A program made the position numbers and the translations under genes. The notes below the pieces were generated by a model. That model searched no databases. It was not told where the DNA came from and saw only the letters and a list, made by a program, of their open reading frames with translations. From the NCBI RefSeq assembly GCF_022539665.2, contig NC_081331.1, positions 10,850,001 to 10,914,000 on the forward strand: a stretch of DNA of 64,000 nt, given 5' to 3'. The stretch is from Daphnia carinata. Its lineage: Eukaryota. Of this stretch, positions 61,172 to 64,000 are shown piece by piece (within the stretch, counting starts at the first letter, position 1; every line of letters starts with the position of its first letter).

Positions 61172-61418
61172 ATGCCCAAGATTTTCGTGTTGAGAAATCG
61201 TTTGCAAGAGCAACAGGCTCGTTTGTTGGAGACGCAGCGAGGCCAACAGAAGATCCGGTCGGACGAATTGTCCAATGATTTCGATGGGCTGCAAGATCAA
61301 CCCGTGGCTTTGATTGTCGACAGAAAATCGGATATCACCGCCGCTGTGGCCGCCATTTCTCTTTCGGCTTCGACTTCCGACAAGGATAATTGCCCACCAC
61401 AACAGCCCGATCAAGCAG
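61172..61418 (+). CDS. ovo: First coding exon of ovo/shavenbaby zinc-finger transcription factor; gene continues beyond the window
   Basis: MPKIFVLRNRLQEQQARLLETQ matches the Svb N-terminus (Drosophila MPKIFLIKNRLHQQQQRLLESQ); donor CAG|GTAAC at 61418/61419. Confidence 0.85.
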
Positions 61419-64000
61419 GTAACAAAACAAAAGATACATAAATAAATATCTCTTCGTTCGTTCGAATCGATTTACCCCGCATTGTAAGCCAGTGCACTCT
61501 GGCGGCACGACCCGCATGATTCTTCTTTTGTGCGTTTTAAAACTTCGACAACACACATTGAGCACGTTAATTTTTTTTTAAACCTCTGCGCACACATGTT
61601 TCTTAAAATAGCATTCTTCGTTTCACCCTTTTTGCCAACTAAAGAAAGAAGATCGGACTGTATTGTATGTCCAGCTGCTTGGGACATCGGAAACAGGTTT
61701 TTGCCCTGCCCAATTAAAGTAGCTTCCCCCCTTTTTTTTTTATTCACATGGGTGGGGTCATAAATAGGGTCTTCAGAGGTCATTTCTTGACCTGCGATGA
61801 CCCTTTCCTTTCTTTTGAACCCCCCTTTTTTTTTCTAGAGTTCGCACAGTTCTTCCTCCCTAATTTTAACCTTTGATGACCTCTACCGCGATGTCCTCAC
61901 CCTCTTTTTTTGCCAACAAAAGAAGATATTTTTTAACCCGTCTCATTTAAGGGCATTCCGCTCATGTCCTTGAGACAGACGAAGGCTCAATCGCCACTAG
62001 TTTTATATTTTTATTTCCTTTTTCTTCTGACACGCATGGTCCACTTTGGCCCTCCCCGATTTCTTTATAGTATGTCCGTTGTGTATGCCAAATTGACACA
62101 CGCACGACCAGGGAAACCTTCACTAAGAATTCTCTACTTCCTTTCCATGTGTTTCCCCTGAAAAGGGTAAAATAGTATATTTTTTTTCTTTTGAACACAC
62201 AAAGATGGGGAATATTGTTCTAGGTCTACCATATGTCAGAATCAGAGCCATGTGGGTCAGGCATTTTTTTATTGACCTTTTTGAACTATGTTTTCAACAC
62301 ATGCCGGATGTCAATTTCAATTAAAAATTGGGAAACGAAAATTTTAAGAGAAAAATGAATTTCAATTCACTGCCAAGGTCGTTTTATCACACAAGTTTTT
62401 CTTTGTTCTTGCTAAAAAAAAAAAAATCGAATTAAAACAGTTTTCATTGCGACATTTGACTTTTTGTTACGAATCCTGCAAATCGAGTCGGTCCAGTTTT
62501 TCTCGTTCTTTCCCGTCGTCAGGGAAACATCTAGTAAAACTTTAGGTCAACTAAAAAAAAATGAACGCGATGGAGAAAAAAAAAACCGCTATGTCGAATA
62601 ATTCTGGTTCCCAACAGCTGTCGTGTCTACATCGCCCGCGGGAGTGAAAGAAAATATCAAGAGAAATTTAAAAGAAAAAAAAAATATGGAAGAATGTTAC
62701 AAGTATCCATCCATCACGAAATCATATTTAAATATCCCCCCCCCCTTTTTTTCCCCTCGTTCAATCCAGCATTCTAGTCATGAAGTCGAATGTTTTTTTT
62801 CTTCTTCCTTCTAAAGGCTAAAAGGGGAAGAAAAATTTGGGAAACTTTCATCGTCACGGCCGCGTAGGAAATCTATAGCGGGTCTATGTGTGTCAAGGGT
62901 ATACCTGCACGAACGCAGCAGAGAAAATCAAGTTGGGCATGTGTCATAAGAAGGAAAACAAAAAAAAAAAGAACTAAGCAGGGACGGGAAGTTGCTGTGC
63001 GCTTGGTCATGTATTCTTTCCTCATATCATTTCACAATCACCTGTAACGGGTGGAAGGAGTTTGACTAGCAGAAGAAAAAAAGGTGATCCATGTACCTGA
63101 CGCAATTTCTGTTTCCTCCGTTTTTGGAAACAAACAAAATATTAGCCAATTGTAAAATAGGAATGGTGTCAGAAGAACAAACTCCTACTGGATTAGGAAG
63201 AGAAAAAAAAAAGGGGGAATATATTATTAATCGATGTGTATAGACAATGTGTAAAACGAATAATAGACGCACGAACAGCGTGCACCAGCGCGCGGGGGAA
63301 GGCGAAAGTCAATGACCAGCGGTGAACTTTCCTGCTTCAGGGGGAAATAAGAAAGAGAAAGAAAAAAAAACTACACACACACACACACACACACCGGTCT
63401 TGTGGTAAATGTAAAAATACCAAGTCCAATCTGGTTTTGCGCAAAAATTGGGCCTAAAGCGATATATATATATTCACATTAAACATATATTTTTTTTAAA
63501 ATTAAGATTCAAGGTGTGTAAATCCTCCCCCTCGTTGTTCTTCTAATTATTGTCTGGCCCTCACTTTCCATTCTGTGGGGTGTTTAGTAATCTGAGAAGT
63601 GGGATTCTTTACTTTTGACTTCCTAGTATGAGATCATTAGCCCTCTCGCTCTTTGGCTGACCTAACGATCGCCCTTTGAGAGGGACTTGATCAAATAATC
63701 ATTTCCTTCTGCACCTGGATGGACTTTGTTTTTTTTTCTGGAACTTGTTCAGGTGAATCTTGTTTTCGCCCTTTTTTTTTGGATCAATTAACTAGATCCT
63801 GTAAGACGACAATCATTCGTTTTGGGCTTTGAAAACTCGTCGAATAACGGTTCTTCTTAACAAAAAACAAAAGAGAGAACAGGATTTACAAAGACAAATC
63901 AAGAGATGGAAAGTTAAATCTGATATGAAAATTTCACAATCTTCTATTACAGACGGATAATAATATCAAACATCATTTCTAAGCCTAGGATTTTTAAAGT

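Overview
Eukaryotic, gene-dense arthropod DNA with many short (~60-100 nt) GT-AG introns; the style suggests a cladoceran such as Daphnia, which is an inference. In order: the 3' part of a Skeletor/knickkopf-family gene (+); a ~7.5 kb accessory block; a STING (TMEM173) homologue (+); Nup205 (-); CBP/p300 (-); adenylate cyclase type 9 (+); glycogen branching enzyme (-); C3G/RapGEF1 (-); a ~14 kb gene-free region; and the first coding exon of ovo/shavenbaby (+). The accessory block holds a 5.0 kb foldback palindrome (arms ~2.25 kb, each with a small spliced orphan gene, tRNA-like elements at the centre), a tandem array of tRNA-Ala-like units, and a P-superfamily-like MITE with a perfect 8-bp TSD. 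Most notable: the foldback and its tRNA-like family, a possible mitochondrial-presequence first exon on the branching enzyme, a 4.27 kb intronless GC3-mosaic core exon in CBP, and a STING with a divergent ligand pocket and a palindromic kB-like site upstream. All alignments were done by eye and reference motifs are quoted from memory.
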